From an uncultured virus (IMG/VR IMGVR_UViG_3300024348_000021) (Duplodnaviria; Heunggongvirae; Uroviricota; Caudoviricetes): a DNA stretch of 64,000 nt. Location: the IMG/VR virus record IMGVR_UViG_3300024348_000021, one strand, 5' to 3'. A program made the translations under genes and the position numbers. Under the pieces are notes generated by a model. That model ran no database searches and was not told where the DNA came from. It worked only from the letters and a program-made list of their open reading frames with translations. Numbering within the stretch: position 1 is the first letter of the stretch; each line of letters starts with the position of its first letter. Shown here one piece after another: positions 35,286 to 45,235 of the stretch.

Positions 35286-35936
35286 ATGAGTAATATAGAA
35301 ACTTTATATCCCCATGGTGGATATATATTTAAACTACACTTTGACTTTGATTGGAAAACATTATATCCAATATGCAAAGAGTTAGTTAACTCAGAACTTG
35401 CATACTCTCCACTAGTAAAGAATGGTAAGAGTTCACATATGAACAAGCTATCTCCTCATAAGATAGAAGAATTTAGACCATATTATATGTGGTTGTCTTC
35501 TTTAATTAAAGAAATCTTTACAAAGAATTGTCAATACTCTGAGGATGTAATGGAATATTTTGTTGCTAATAGTTGGGTGAATGTACAAGGAAATGGAGGA
35601 CACACTACAGTGCACAATCATGCTAATGTATTTATGGTGGCAACTGCTTATTTGAATCTACCTAAAAATGGTGGGTTCTTTGAATGCGTAGATCCATTGG
35701 AGTATAACAAAAGTAATCAGTATCACGATGATCCTAATTGGATGTGGAAAGAAGTGCCTGCAATAACTGGTGATGTGTTAGTGTTTCCTGGTTGGTTAAA
35801 ACATAGAACACAAGTGAACAATGCTCACTCTAAATTACTTATTGATGACAATGGTGTAGGACGTGAGGAAAACTCATCTGAAGATAGATGGGTTTTGACT
35901 ACAAACTTTACACAAGAATTTAAAGAAATAGTATAA
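35286..35936 (+). CDS. 2OG-Fe(II) oxygenase (TIGR02466-like)
   Basis: SWVN, HNH, AYL, GDVLVFPGWLKHRT, RWVL..N. Confidence 0.75.
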   Translation: MSNIETLYPHGGYIFKLHFDFDWKTLYPICKELVNSELAYSPLVKNGKSSHMNKLSPHKIEEFRPYYMWLSSLIKEIFTKNCQYSEDVMEYFVANSWVNVQGNGGHTTVHNHANVFMVATAYLNLPKNGGFFECVDPLEYNKSNQYHDDPNWMWKEVPAITGDVLVFPGWLKHRTQVNNAHSKLLIDDNGVGREENSSEDRWVLTTNFTQEFKEIV

Positions 35937-36889
35937 TGAAACCAGTCTGTTTAAACTTAGAAGAATGTAATGGGTTAGGGGACCTTATATGTGCCACCCC
36001 CACCATCAAGAAACTACATGATGCATACCAAAGAAAGATCACTGTCATCTCTCAGATGCCTGAGCTATTTAAAATGAATCCCTATGTAGAGAAGAGCTAC
36101 AAAGCTGCATCAATAGATATGGATTATTTCAAAGCTAATTACATAATGCACAACTCTTTCTATCTAGTAGGTAAGAAGGATGAGCGTGGTATAGAGATGA
36201 AGCATAACATGATGGACATCAGACAGTTCCATGCTATACACCTAGGATTTATGCTTGGACAAAATGAACTAGAATGTTATTACAAACCTACAGAAGAAGA
36301 TGCTTGTACAGATGGATTTAGTGATAAAAGTACATCTGGTACCAAAAGATATATAGTGATACATCCTGTTAACAGCTGGCCTAATAGAACATGGTCACAA
36401 GAGAACTGGTTAAACTTATCTAAAGAATTGATTAAATGGGGATATAATGTAGTGGCTGTAGGAAAAGATAGCTCTGAGACAGGGTTCTTTAATGTACAGA
36501 AACCTGTACATGAGATGGACAATAACATTACTAATCTAATGAATAAGACATCCATATCTCAAACGTGGTATCTGATTAATAATGCTGCAGCTGTTATCAC
36601 CATGGACTCAGGTATTCTTCATCTAGCAGGTACAACAGAAACACCTATAATTGAATTAGGATCTCCCATCAACCCTGAGTTTCGTAGACCATATAGAAAG
36701 ACTAGTAAGCATATATACGTAAGAGGAGGCTGTGGATTACACTGCAGTTCTAACATGAAGTATGCTCTTGAGTATTGGCCTACGATAGACTACGTACAAC
36801 CACTGATTGGATGCTTAGAGAAGAAAGAAACCTTTGAGTGTCATCCATCTGTAGCACAAGTAATTCATGCAATTAACAATAACATATGA
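35936..36889 (+). CDS. glycosyltransferase family 9-like with C-terminal Cys cluster
   Basis: GLGDLICATP, IVIHP..SWPNRTW, DSGILHLAG, C..HC...C...EC. Confidence 0.8.
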   Translation: MKPVCLNLEECNGLGDLICATPTIKKLHDAYQRKITVISQMPELFKMNPYVEKSYKAASIDMDYFKANYIMHNSFYLVGKKDERGIEMKHNMMDIRQFHAIHLGFMLGQNELECYYKPTEEDACTDGFSDKSTSGTKRYIVIHPVNSWPNRTWSQENWLNLSKELIKWGYNVVAVGKDSSETGFFNVQKPVHEMDNNITNLMNKTSISQTWYLINNAAAVITMDSGILHLAGTTETPIIELGSPINPEFRRPYRKTSKHIYVRGGCGLHCSSNMKYALEYWPTIDYVQPLIGCLEKKETFECHPSVAQVIHAINNNI

Positions 36890-39549
36890 AAAAACTATTA
36901 ATCATCACTCCTCACTTATCAACAGGAGGAGCACCACAGGTAACTGTAAATAAAGTAGAACTATTAAAAGATCACTTTGAAATCAAAGTGGTAGAGTATG
37001 CATTCTTAGCATGGCAGTTTGTTGTACAAAGAAATAGAATCATTGACATGCTTACAGAAGGAGTTAACTTCCATTCTTTAGGAGAGAATAAGTTTGATGA
37101 ACTGTTGCAAATTCTGCAAGACTTCAAACCAGATGTAATCTCTATGGAAGAATTCCCTGAGATGTTTATGAATGAAGAATGTGCTGACTATATATATGAT
37201 GCAGAGAGACCATGGAAGGTTGTAGAAACTACACATGATAGTTCATTCAATCCTAAAAACAAATACTATCTACCTGATAAGTTTGTATTTGTCAGCTCAT
37301 ATAATTCATTCCAATACATTACATTAAATGTGCCTACAGAGGTAATTGAATATCCTATTGATAAGAAGGTTAGAAACAAGGTAGAAAGACAACAACAACT
37401 TGGCTTAGATCCTGAATACAAACACTTTGTAACTGTAGGGTTGTTTACTCCTAGAAAGAACCAAGCATATGCATTCCAGTTGGCAGAGAGACTTAAGAAC
37501 AACAAGGTTAAGTTTCACTTCCTAGGTAACCAAGCTGGTAACTTTGCTAACTATTGGCAACCATTGATGGCTAACAAACCAGACAACTGTGTTGTGTGGG
37601 GAGAGCGTAATGATGTAAGTGAATTCTTAGAAGCATGTGATGTGTTTTTGTTCCCATCTAAAGGAGACAGAGGTAATAAGGAGTTAAATCCTATTGCTAT
37701 TAAGGAAGCCATGGAATATGATGACTTGATCAAAGTAATGTACAACCTGGATGTATACTGTAACAAGTACAACGATGAAGAGAACATGGTTTATTTAACT
37801 GGAGATCTTGGTAGTGATACTACCAATATTATCAAAAAACTAAACCTAGATGTATTAGATGAAGAGTGTATCATCTTGGGCACCTATCCAAATATTAAGG
37901 ACAGAGTGCAATGGACCAAGGATACCATACTGTCTCTAAAGCCATTAGGTAGAAAGATTATACTAGTATCTCACTATCCTGTAGACCAGGACATACAACG
38001 TATGGTGGATTACTATATCTATGATAAGCACAACCCTTTAACTCACCACAGTTACTACACTAGGTTTTATCATGATACACCAGAGTACTTTGCTGAGATC
38101 AATATCAATGGATTGAAGGATAGCAATCAGTCCCTTACAGTGCTAGTAAACATGTTCAATGCAGCTAAGGTTGCTAAAGAGCTTGGATTCAAGAGATTCT
38201 TCTATACTACGTATGATGTTATGTTAGATCCTAGAGACATACCTGCAGTGAATGAAGCATTTAGAACAGATAAAAAGTTATATGCTGCTACACTACCTAC
38301 ACCACAGGGTAAAGGTATTCAGACCAATGGTATTATGTTTGACACAGACTTCTTCTTAAAAGAGTTTGATGATGTACGTACAGCAGAGGAATGGAATGCT
38401 GTATGTAAACGTAGAAGATGTGAGAACTATCTAGAAGACTATTTGTCAAAGGTTATTTTTAGCTTCAATCCTAATGATATTCAAGTGGTTACAACTGACA
38501 AGGATACTATGTTGATACACAGTGGGTTAGGTGTAGCATCTAATAGTGAGTATTATTCTATCATCCCTGTTGTTGGAAAACCAAACACTTATGTGTTCTA
38601 TTTCTTTACATATAACAGAGACTTTAGAAACATTTATATATCTATTGAAGATTACATGTGGAAAAGAATCATACCAGCTAAGAACCATGAACTTCTTTAT
38701 CAGTTTGAATTCAAAGGAGAACCTATTAATGTAAGAATGGATTTCTATGATGGTGATATAACTTATAAGGTGGAAGAGTTTATAATAAACAAAGACACAT
38801 TACCTCTATACAAAAATACAGGTAAGTTTCAATGGAAGAAGAAGGATAGACCTAAGATTAAATTAGTTCATATACAAACCACACTAAATGATGAAAGAGA
38901 AAGAGCAAGTAGAGACTCCCTTATCAGCGTTGTCAACCATGGATGGGAATATAAGTTACATCTTAACCAGCCCTATAAGTCATTACCACCATCATATAAC
39001 TGTCTCAGACCCAGTTGTGTTTCAATGGAACTCTTCAATGAGGAGCAAGTTCGACAGTATGGCACTGCACTTACCCCAGCACATTATGGATGCTATCAAG
39101 CATTCAAAGATGCCATCTTAAGTGAATTCAATAACTGTGACTACTTGATAGTGTGTGAAGGTGATTGTATTATTGAGACAGACATACACTTTTTCGTACA
39201 AAAAGTTGAGGAATGTGCACACTTATTGGGACCAAACAACATAGAGTTTATGTCCTTTGGAGATAAAGATACATTAGAACATGGATGGCCTCAGAGTCCT
39301 GTTATTAAAGATGTGAACGATGACATGTATGTCACTAATCATCTTATAGGTTTACAATGTATCATGTTCCCTGCACATGTATCTCCATGGTTAAAAGAAA
39401 CTTTAAGAATGCACAAATGGGATGCTGCTGATATGTATTTTAATAATATCTTTGCAGGAGACAAAATGGGTATAGTTAAGAAAAGACTTACCACACAGGC
39501 AGATGGATTTTCTTTAATAGACAACATGCAAAAAACATTTAGAAAATGA
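36886..39549 (+). CDS. multi-domain glycosyltransferase (GT4 + central domain + GT25-like)
   Basis: PHLSTGGAPQ, RKNQ, FLFPS, ELNPIAIKEA; central YYIYDKHN domain; C-terminal HYGCYQAF...CEGDC. Confidence 0.75.
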   Translation: MKKLLIITPHLSTGGAPQVTVNKVELLKDHFEIKVVEYAFLAWQFVVQRNRIIDMLTEGVNFHSLGENKFDELLQILQDFKPDVISMEEFPEMFMNEECADYIYDAERPWKVVETTHDSSFNPKNKYYLPDKFVFVSSYNSFQYITLNVPTEVIEYPIDKKVRNKVERQQQLGLDPEYKHFVTVGLFTPRKNQAYAFQLAERLKNNKVKFHFLGNQAGNFANYWQPLMANKPDNCVVWGERNDVSEFLEACDVFLFPSKGDRGNKELNPIAIKEAMEYDDLIKVMYNLDVYCNKYNDEENMVYLTGDLGSDTTNIIKKLNLDVLDEECIILGTYPNIKDRVQWTKDTILSLKPLGRKIILVSHYPVDQDIQRMVDYYIYDKHNPLTHHSYYTRFYHDTPEYFAEININGLKDSNQSLTVLVNMFNAAKVAKELGFKRFFYTTYDVMLDPRDIPAVNEAFRTDKKLYAATLPTPQGKGIQTNGIMFDTDFFLKEFDDVRTAEEWNAVCKRRRCENYLEDYLSKVIFSFNPNDIQVVTTDKDTMLIHSGLGVASNSEYYSIIPVVGKPNTYVFYFFTYNRDFRNIYISIEDYMWKRIIPAKNHELLYQFEFKGEPINVRMDFYDGDITYKVEEFIINKDTLPLYKNTGKFQWKKKDRPKIKLVHIQTTLNDERERASRDSLISVVNHGWEYKLHLNQPYKSLPPSYNCLRPSCVSMELFNEEQVRQYGTALTPAHYGCYQAFKDAILSEFNNCDYLIVCEGDCIIETDIHFFVQKVEECAHLLGPNNIEFMSFGDKDTLEHGWPQSPVIKDVNDDMYVTNHLIGLQCIMFPAHVSPWLKETLRMHKWDAADMYFNNIFAGDKMGIVKKRLTTQADGFSLIDNMQKTFRK

Positions 39550-40559
39550 GAATAGTACACGTAGCTACAGGACTAATTACCATACCACCAAATGGATGGG
39601 GAGCTGTAGAAAGACTTATATGGGAATATAAACAAGGACTTGAGAAGCTTGGTGATGTTGTAGACATCAGATATATGAATGAGCTAGAGAGATGGCCTGA
39701 TACAATTGTACACGCACATCTAGCTAACCAGGCTTTGTATTGTAGAGACAAAGGTATACCTTATGTATATTCTCTACATGATCATCATACAGAATGGTAT
39801 GGTAAAGATAGCTGGGTATATAAGCAAAACCTAGAGGCTATGAAACATAGCATTATATCTTTTACACATGCTGAGTATCTGATAGACTATTTCAGTGAGA
39901 CTGATAAGTTGTTCTATCTAAGACATGGAGCTAACACAGAATTCTTCACACCAGAATACAGAATGGGTCCACATAAACTATTGATGATAGCTAACAATGG
40001 ACTAGCAGGTGACTCAGGCTTTGATAGAAAAGGATTTAGATATGGTATAGAAGCAGCTAGAGAACTAGATCTTCCTATCACCATTGCTGGTCATCCTAAT
40101 AATGAGAAGTTCTTTGATATACATATAGAGTTAATGAACTATAAAAAGTTAACTTTAAAGTTAACAAATCCTACAGATGAAGAAGTCAGAGAATTGTATC
40201 AAGATCATAGCATCTTCTTACATCCATCTATGCTAGAAGCAGGACATCCTAACCTTACATTATGTGAAGCAGCTAGCTCTTGTATACCTATTGTAGGAAC
40301 CTACAGAGGATCTAAACACTTCCCTGGTATGTGGGTGTTACCAAACATCAGTACAGAGAGTGTAATGCTTGGTATTACAGAGACAATTAAGACATACGAA
40401 CATCGTGTAAAAGAAATGCAAGATGCACGTGACTATCACAGCTGGGACAATGTAGCTAAGACATTACATAAATACTATGAGAATATTTCTAAGATAACTG
40501 AAGGATATGACTCAGAGAAGACAAAACAATTATACATCAATTTATACAATAATTTATGA
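39546..40559 (+). CDS. glycosyltransferase family 4
   Basis: IPPNGWGAVE, RKG, FLHPS.LEAGHPNLTLCEA, SWDNV. Confidence 0.85.
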   Translation: MRIVHVATGLITIPPNGWGAVERLIWEYKQGLEKLGDVVDIRYMNELERWPDTIVHAHLANQALYCRDKGIPYVYSLHDHHTEWYGKDSWVYKQNLEAMKHSIISFTHAEYLIDYFSETDKLFYLRHGANTEFFTPEYRMGPHKLLMIANNGLAGDSGFDRKGFRYGIEAARELDLPITIAGHPNNEKFFDIHIELMNYKKLTLKLTNPTDEEVRELYQDHSIFLHPSMLEAGHPNLTLCEAASSCIPIVGTYRGSKHFPGMWVLPNISTESVMLGITETIKTYEHRVKEMQDARDYHSWDNVAKTLHKYYENISKITEGYDSEKTKQLYINLYNNL

Positions 40560-41152
40560 GAGTAGAAATGTTATCAATTGCAGACTTCTATAATAACGTA
40601 GATGAGGTGAGAAACTTTGCAATGCAACAAGAATTTCTTGGTGAAGAAGCTCACTTCCCAGGTAAGAGAACTAAATCATTTTTAAATGATAGTGTTAAAG
40701 AGATAATTCAAAGTACCATGAGACCATTTGCAGGAGACGTTACGTGGTGGGGAGATCACAACTCTGGAGCATTTCAATACACCACAGCAGCAGACAGATC
40801 GTGGATACACTCTGATGGTAATGCTGATTGGGCTGGTGTACTTTATCTAACTCCTGATGCACCATTAAGTTCAGGTACAGGGATATTTAAACATAAAGCA
40901 ACTGGTCTTAGAAACTGGATATATAAAGATCATTTTACAGAAGAAGATAAATATGGTGTTAAAGATGCACCTCATCGTGGTGCTGATTCTGTTGACTATA
41001 CCAAATGGGAGATGGTGGATAGAATAGGTAATATGTATAATAGACTTATAATATATAGAGGTGATCTATTTCATGTATCTTTGGATTACTTTGGTAAAGA
41101 TTTACAAACAGGAAGATTGTTTCAAACATTCTTTTTTAATACAGAGAAATGA
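40556..41152 (+). CDS. 2OG-Fe(II) oxygenase (DUF6445-like)
   Basis: DFY...VR, FPG.RT, WIHSD, AGVLYLTP, YNRL....FH, RLFQTFF. Confidence 0.7.
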   Translation: MRVEMLSIADFYNNVDEVRNFAMQQEFLGEEAHFPGKRTKSFLNDSVKEIIQSTMRPFAGDVTWWGDHNSGAFQYTTAADRSWIHSDGNADWAGVLYLTPDAPLSSGTGIFKHKATGLRNWIYKDHFTEEDKYGVKDAPHRGADSVDYTKWEMVDRIGNMYNRLIIYRGDLFHVSLDYFGKDLQTGRLFQTFFFNTEK

Positions 41153-42246
41153 TAACATACAATTTACACCATGTTAATGGTCTTTATTTTCAGCTATTAG
41201 ATGATGCTGGTAAGAATAGAGAATATGATATAAGTTTTGTAGATAGAAAAGGTAAGGTGGAAGGTATGCTTACAGATCAACATGTAACTATCTATGAAAC
41301 AAAATTAAAGATAGGAGGTTGGGCTAGACTAAGTAGAAAGTATCTATCTGATATAGCCATATTTATTAAATATGAAGGACGTATAGTCAAGCAAGTAAAC
41401 TTGTTAGACGAGCTTAAAGATAAACCTGTGTTTATTGTATTTGAATCTAAGAGTCTTGGTGATAGCATAGCTTGGATGCCATATTGTTTAGAGATGCAAG
41501 AAGTTTATAAATGTAAGGTGATTGTATCTACATTTAAGAATGAGTTGTTTGAATCTGTTTATCCTGAACTAAAGTTTGTAGGCAGAGGAGTAACAGTAGA
41601 TAATATCAAAGCAATGGTTGAACTAGGATGGTTTTGGGAAACTGATAAAGAACCTGTACACCCTGCAACTATACCATTACAACAAGCAGCAAGTAATATA
41701 TTAGCTTTACCATTTAGAGAGATACAACCTAGGATAGCTTTCACACCAGGAGAAAGACCTGTAGTTAATCAGTACATCTGTATATCAACTAGATCTACAG
41801 CACAATGTAAGCATTGGTATTATTGGCCACAGCTAATAGAAAAACTAAAGAGCTGGGGATACAGAGTGTTTGAGCTTTCACAAGAAGCAGATGACTATGG
41901 AGCAGAGACATTAGAAGATAAATCATTACAGAACGTAATGAACTATCTACATCATGCAGATATGTTTATTGGTCTTTCTAGTGGTATCAGCTGGTTGAAC
42001 TGGGGTATAGGTAAACACACTGTAATGATTTCTAACTTCACAACACCTGATCATGAATTCCAAGATAACTGTACACGTATAGTTAACTTAGAAGTATGTA
42101 ATGGCTGTTGGAATAATCCTGTGTTCAAGTTTAATAAAGGTGACTGGAACTGGTGTCCAGAGCATGAAGATACACCTAGACACTTTGAGTGTCATAAGTC
42201 AATCACTGTGGATACAGTATTAGAAACAATAAAACAATTATTATGA
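41149..42246 (+). CDS. Aah/TibC-like (autotransporter heptosyltransferase family) protein O-glycosyltransferase
   Basis: SLGDSIAW, AQCKHW, FIGLSSGISWL.W, ISNFT...EF, CNGCWN...WCP.H...FEC.KSI. Confidence 0.7.
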   Translation: MITYNLHHVNGLYFQLLDDAGKNREYDISFVDRKGKVEGMLTDQHVTIYETKLKIGGWARLSRKYLSDIAIFIKYEGRIVKQVNLLDELKDKPVFIVFESKSLGDSIAWMPYCLEMQEVYKCKVIVSTFKNELFESVYPELKFVGRGVTVDNIKAMVELGWFWETDKEPVHPATIPLQQAASNILALPFREIQPRIAFTPGERPVVNQYICISTRSTAQCKHWYYWPQLIEKLKSWGYRVFELSQEADDYGAETLEDKSLQNVMNYLHHADMFIGLSSGISWLNWGIGKHTVMISNFTTPDHEFQDNCTRIVNLEVCNGCWNNPVFKFNKGDWNWCPEHEDTPRHFECHKSITVDTVLETIKQLL

Positions 42247-42890
42247 AAGGAGAAGTATTTGGGATATTCCCAACACCAGTTTTGAAATTCAAAATGGATA
42301 GAGACTTTACTAAAGAAGAGATAGACTTTATATATGATCAACAGGATAAGGTTCCTCAACCTCCATACTTTATAAATTTAGGAAACATTGCTACGACTAG
42401 TAAGAGAATTCTTGAGCGTCCAGAGATGGCTAGTTTAAAAAAGATTGTAGAAGATTGTTTGAATCAATGGTGCATTAATATTTATGCTCCTCGCAACCCT
42501 GAGTCATTTAAACTAAAGATAACTCAATCTTGGTTAAACTATACAAAACCAGGAGAGCGTCATGATAGACACTATCATCCAAATAGTATAGTGAGTGGTG
42601 CTATTTATATAGATACTAATCCAGTGCAAGATCAGATTACATTTAACTCTGGTAAGATGTATGATTACTATATACCATGGATTGCTTTGAATCAATTCAA
42701 CTCCATGGAATCTACTATATCTTTAGATAAAAAAGATATAGTTTTATTTCCTTCTAACTTAAATCATTCTGTTCCAGAAAATACAGGAACAACTACAAGA
42801 GTTAGCTTAGCATTTAATTCTTTCTTTGAAGGTACTCTTGGAGTTTCTTCTGATGTACCAAACTATATACAGTTCAATAGTGTAGAATAA
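42243..42890 (+). CDS. 2OG-Fe(II) oxygenase (TIGR02466-like)
   Basis: IFPTP, ITQSWLN, HYHPNS.VSG..Y, LFPSNLNHSV, RVSLAFN. Confidence 0.8.
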   Translation: MKGEVFGIFPTPVLKFKMDRDFTKEEIDFIYDQQDKVPQPPYFINLGNIATTSKRILERPEMASLKKIVEDCLNQWCINIYAPRNPESFKLKITQSWLNYTKPGERHDRHYHPNSIVSGAIYIDTNPVQDQITFNSGKMYDYYIPWIALNQFNSMESTISLDKKDIVLFPSNLNHSVPENTGTTTRVSLAFNSFFEGTLGVSSDVPNYIQFNSVE

Positions 42891-42917
42891 AAAAGGGGCT
42901 TTAATTAGCCCCTTTTT
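42889..42917. terminator. bidirectional terminator
   Basis: AAAAAAGGGGCT-TTAATT-AGCCCCTTTTT between convergent genes. Confidence 0.85.
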
Positions 42918-42925
42918 AATATATC

Positions 42926-43519
42926 TTATTTATAATGTCCTCCTCCCACCCAGAGAACAAATGAACGTCTCACTCCTTTAGTAACAGGTGTCACTCTATG
43001 CATCATGTAAGAAGGGAATATAAATACCACTCCTTTTCCTCTTGGTGCTTTTTGTATATCTTGACCACCTTTCCAGTATTCAAGATCACCTCCTTCATAT
43101 TCATCAGGACCTGATAGTTGAACTGTAATACTTACTTTTCTTGTAGATAGAGCACCAGGACCAATGTCTTGATGCCATCCATAATGTCCATCATTAGTTG
43201 CATGGTATTCTGTATATTGAATATCATCTAACACTGAATACAGATCAAAGTTCCAAACATTATCATTGGCTTCTATAATCATAGCCATCATTTTATCATA
43301 TAGCCATCCCCACTCTTTATTTTTTGGAACCCATTTAACAGATGAAGATCTTATACTTTTATCTTGGTTATTTTCTGGACCAGTTCCAGCATTTATAAAT
43401 TGAATATTTGCAACATCTTTATATATCTTATCTAGCTCTTCATCAGTAAATCCTTTTTCAAAGAAATAATAATTTTGAGTATCTACTAACTTTGGTTCAA
43501 ACAATACATTGGAATACAT
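42926..43519 (-). CDS. 2OG-Fe(II) oxygenase (prolyl-hydroxylase/PKHD-like)
   Basis: IQYTEY, YGWHQD, RKVS..VQLS...YEGGDL, FPSY..HRVTPVT.G.RRS.V.W. Confidence 0.85.
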   Translation of the reverse strand: MYSNVLFEPKLVDTQNYYFFEKGFTDEELDKIYKDVANIQFINAGTGPENNQDKSIRSSSVKWVPKNKEWGWLYDKMMAMIIEANDNVWNFDLYSVLDDIQYTEYHATNDGHYGWHQDIGPGALSTRKVSITVQLSGPDEYEGGDLEYWKGGQDIQKAPRGKGVVFIFPSYMMHRVTPVTKGVRRSFVLWVGGGHYK

Positions 43520-43539
43520 AAAAAAAGATTTAGTTCCTA

Positions 43540-43547
43540 CAAAGATA
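43540..43547 (-). promoter_or_regulatory. Bacteroidota-type -7 element
   Basis: Minus strand TATCTTTG 20 nt upstream of ATG 43519. Confidence 0.5.
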
Positions 43548-43555
43548 CGTACAAA

Positions 43556-44854
43556 TTAAATATAAAGTTTTTCTTTTTCTGCTAGTTTAGCATCTAACTC
43601 TTGAAGAGCTTTTATCATTACACCTAATGAAGAGTTGATATCAATTCTATCATGTTTACTTGTAGCTAGTTCCTCTGGAGTATCTTCAGCTATGAAACCT
43701 ATTCTAGTTGTATCATCCTGTCCATCCAGTTCATATTTATATGTAACTATCTCCGTACTATCTATTAGATCCATAGCAGATGCTGTAAATGGTTCTATGT
43801 TAGTCTTAACTTCTTCTGTAGATACAGTGAAGAAATAAGTAGATCCTATCGAAGCAAATGTATACCATCCAAATCCTTCTCCAAAAAAGGTTGGAGTTGA
43901 AGGACTTATCATTCCTCTATGACCACCTTGGTAAAATCTTTGTGCAGTATACCATTGACTTGTTGTTACACCTCCTTCAAAAACTGAATTATTACTAGCA
44001 TTCAATGATTGGTTATTACTATTTGATGGGCCCTGAGGACCTTGAGCCCCTTGAGGACCTGTGGGTCCTTGTGGTCCAGGACCTCCTGTTGCACCTATTG
44101 GTCCAGTTGGTCCTTGAAAACCTGTAAGTCCTTGTGGACCTTGTGGACCTGTAGCACCAGTAGGTCCATTTACCCCTGATACACCACTAGATCCTGTTGA
44201 ACCAGTGGGACCTTGTGTTCCTGTTGGACCTGTAGAACCAGTGGGACCATTAACTCCTGAAGAACCTGATGTTCCAGAAACTCCTGATGAAGCTGAAGAT
44301 CCTGAAGAACCTGATGTACCACTTCCACCTGATGCACCTGTTGTAGCAGAAGAACCATTGGTTCCACTTGATCCAGACGTACCACTTTCTGCAGACGTTC
44401 CTGAAGATCCACTCGTACCACTCGTACCTGTTGTACCAGATTGAGCAGAGTCACCTGCTGTTCCTGATGATCCACCTGTTCCAGATGAACCTGCAGATGC
44501 ACTTGTGCCAGAGGTTGCAGCTGTTCCAGATGTACCAGAACTATCACTTTCTCCAGACGTTCCCACTGTAGCACTAGTACCAGCAGTACCAGCAGTACCA
44601 GCAGTTGCTGAGATACTTGATGTACCTGATGTAGCAGCTGTTCCATTGTATCCTGTTAAAGATACAGTCCAACTACTATATGATCCAGATCCTTTATAGT
44701 CATATGGAGTGATTACTAATACACCAGTACCAGAATCATAAGATACAACTCTACCAATTATATAATTATTAGCATCATAACTTACTTGGACGAAGTCATT
44801 GACAACGAACGCAAGTCCTGTACTAACATTAAATGTCATATTAGAGTATGGCAT
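43556..44854 (-). CDS. fibre protein: N-module + GTS repeat + collagen + S74-like intramolecular chaperone (paralog 3)
   Basis: GPTG/GPQG triplets; STEEVKTNI...YKY...IGFIAED...KALQELD. Confidence 0.8.
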   Translation of the reverse strand: MPYSNMTFNVSTGLAFVVNDFVQVSYDANNYIIGRVVSYDSGTGVLVITPYDYKGSGSYSSWTVSLTGYNGTAATSGTSSISATAGTAGTAGTSATVGTSGESDSSGTSGTAATSGTSASAGSSGTGGSSGTAGDSAQSGTTGTSGTSGSSGTSAESGTSGSSGTNGSSATTGASGGSGTSGSSGSSASSGVSGTSGSSGVNGPTGSTGPTGTQGPTGSTGSSGVSGVNGPTGATGPQGPQGLTGFQGPTGPIGATGGPGPQGPTGPQGAQGPQGPSNSNNQSLNASNNSVFEGGVTTSQWYTAQRFYQGGHRGMISPSTPTFFGEGFGWYTFASIGSTYFFTVSTEEVKTNIEPFTASAMDLIDSTEIVTYKYELDGQDDTTRIGFIAEDTPEELATSKHDRIDINSSLGVMIKALQELDAKLAEKEKLYI

Positions 44855-44856
44855 AA

Positions 44857-45225
44857 TTACTGATTGTTATTTTGTAACCAAGTTGGTTTAATTAAAACGA
44901 CTTTAGGAGTCACTTTATCTTCAAGTCTTTTATCTATCATGTTAGCTTTTATCCAAGCCATGTTTCTTTTCTTTCTATTCTCACTAATCTCAACCCACGA
45001 TTGAAGTACTTGAGGAGTTAATTGCTCAAAAGCAATGAACTCACCAGGAGCAACATCAGGTTTAATAGTAGTAGTAGCAGAGTATCTTTCTTCATGTATA
45101 TTACCTGCAGCATCAACTGCTGTACCAACTAGAAACCAACTAATCTTCAATACAACTTGAGAATGACCTTCTAACGTTGGTGCTACGTGCAAATCATCAA
45201 GTATGAAATTATAATTAACTACCAT
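44857..45225 (-). CDS. fibre-associated small protein
   Basis: FIAFEQLT...LQSWV motif and terminal PTW; lies between fibre genes. Confidence 0.55.
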   Translation of the reverse strand: MVVNYNFILDDLHVAPTLEGHSQVVLKISWFLVGTAVDAAGNIHEERYSATTTIKPDVAPGEFIAFEQLTPQVLQSWVEISENRKKRNMAWIKANMIDKRLEDKVTPKVVLIKPTWLQNNNQ

Positions 45226-45235
45226 ATCTTTATTT

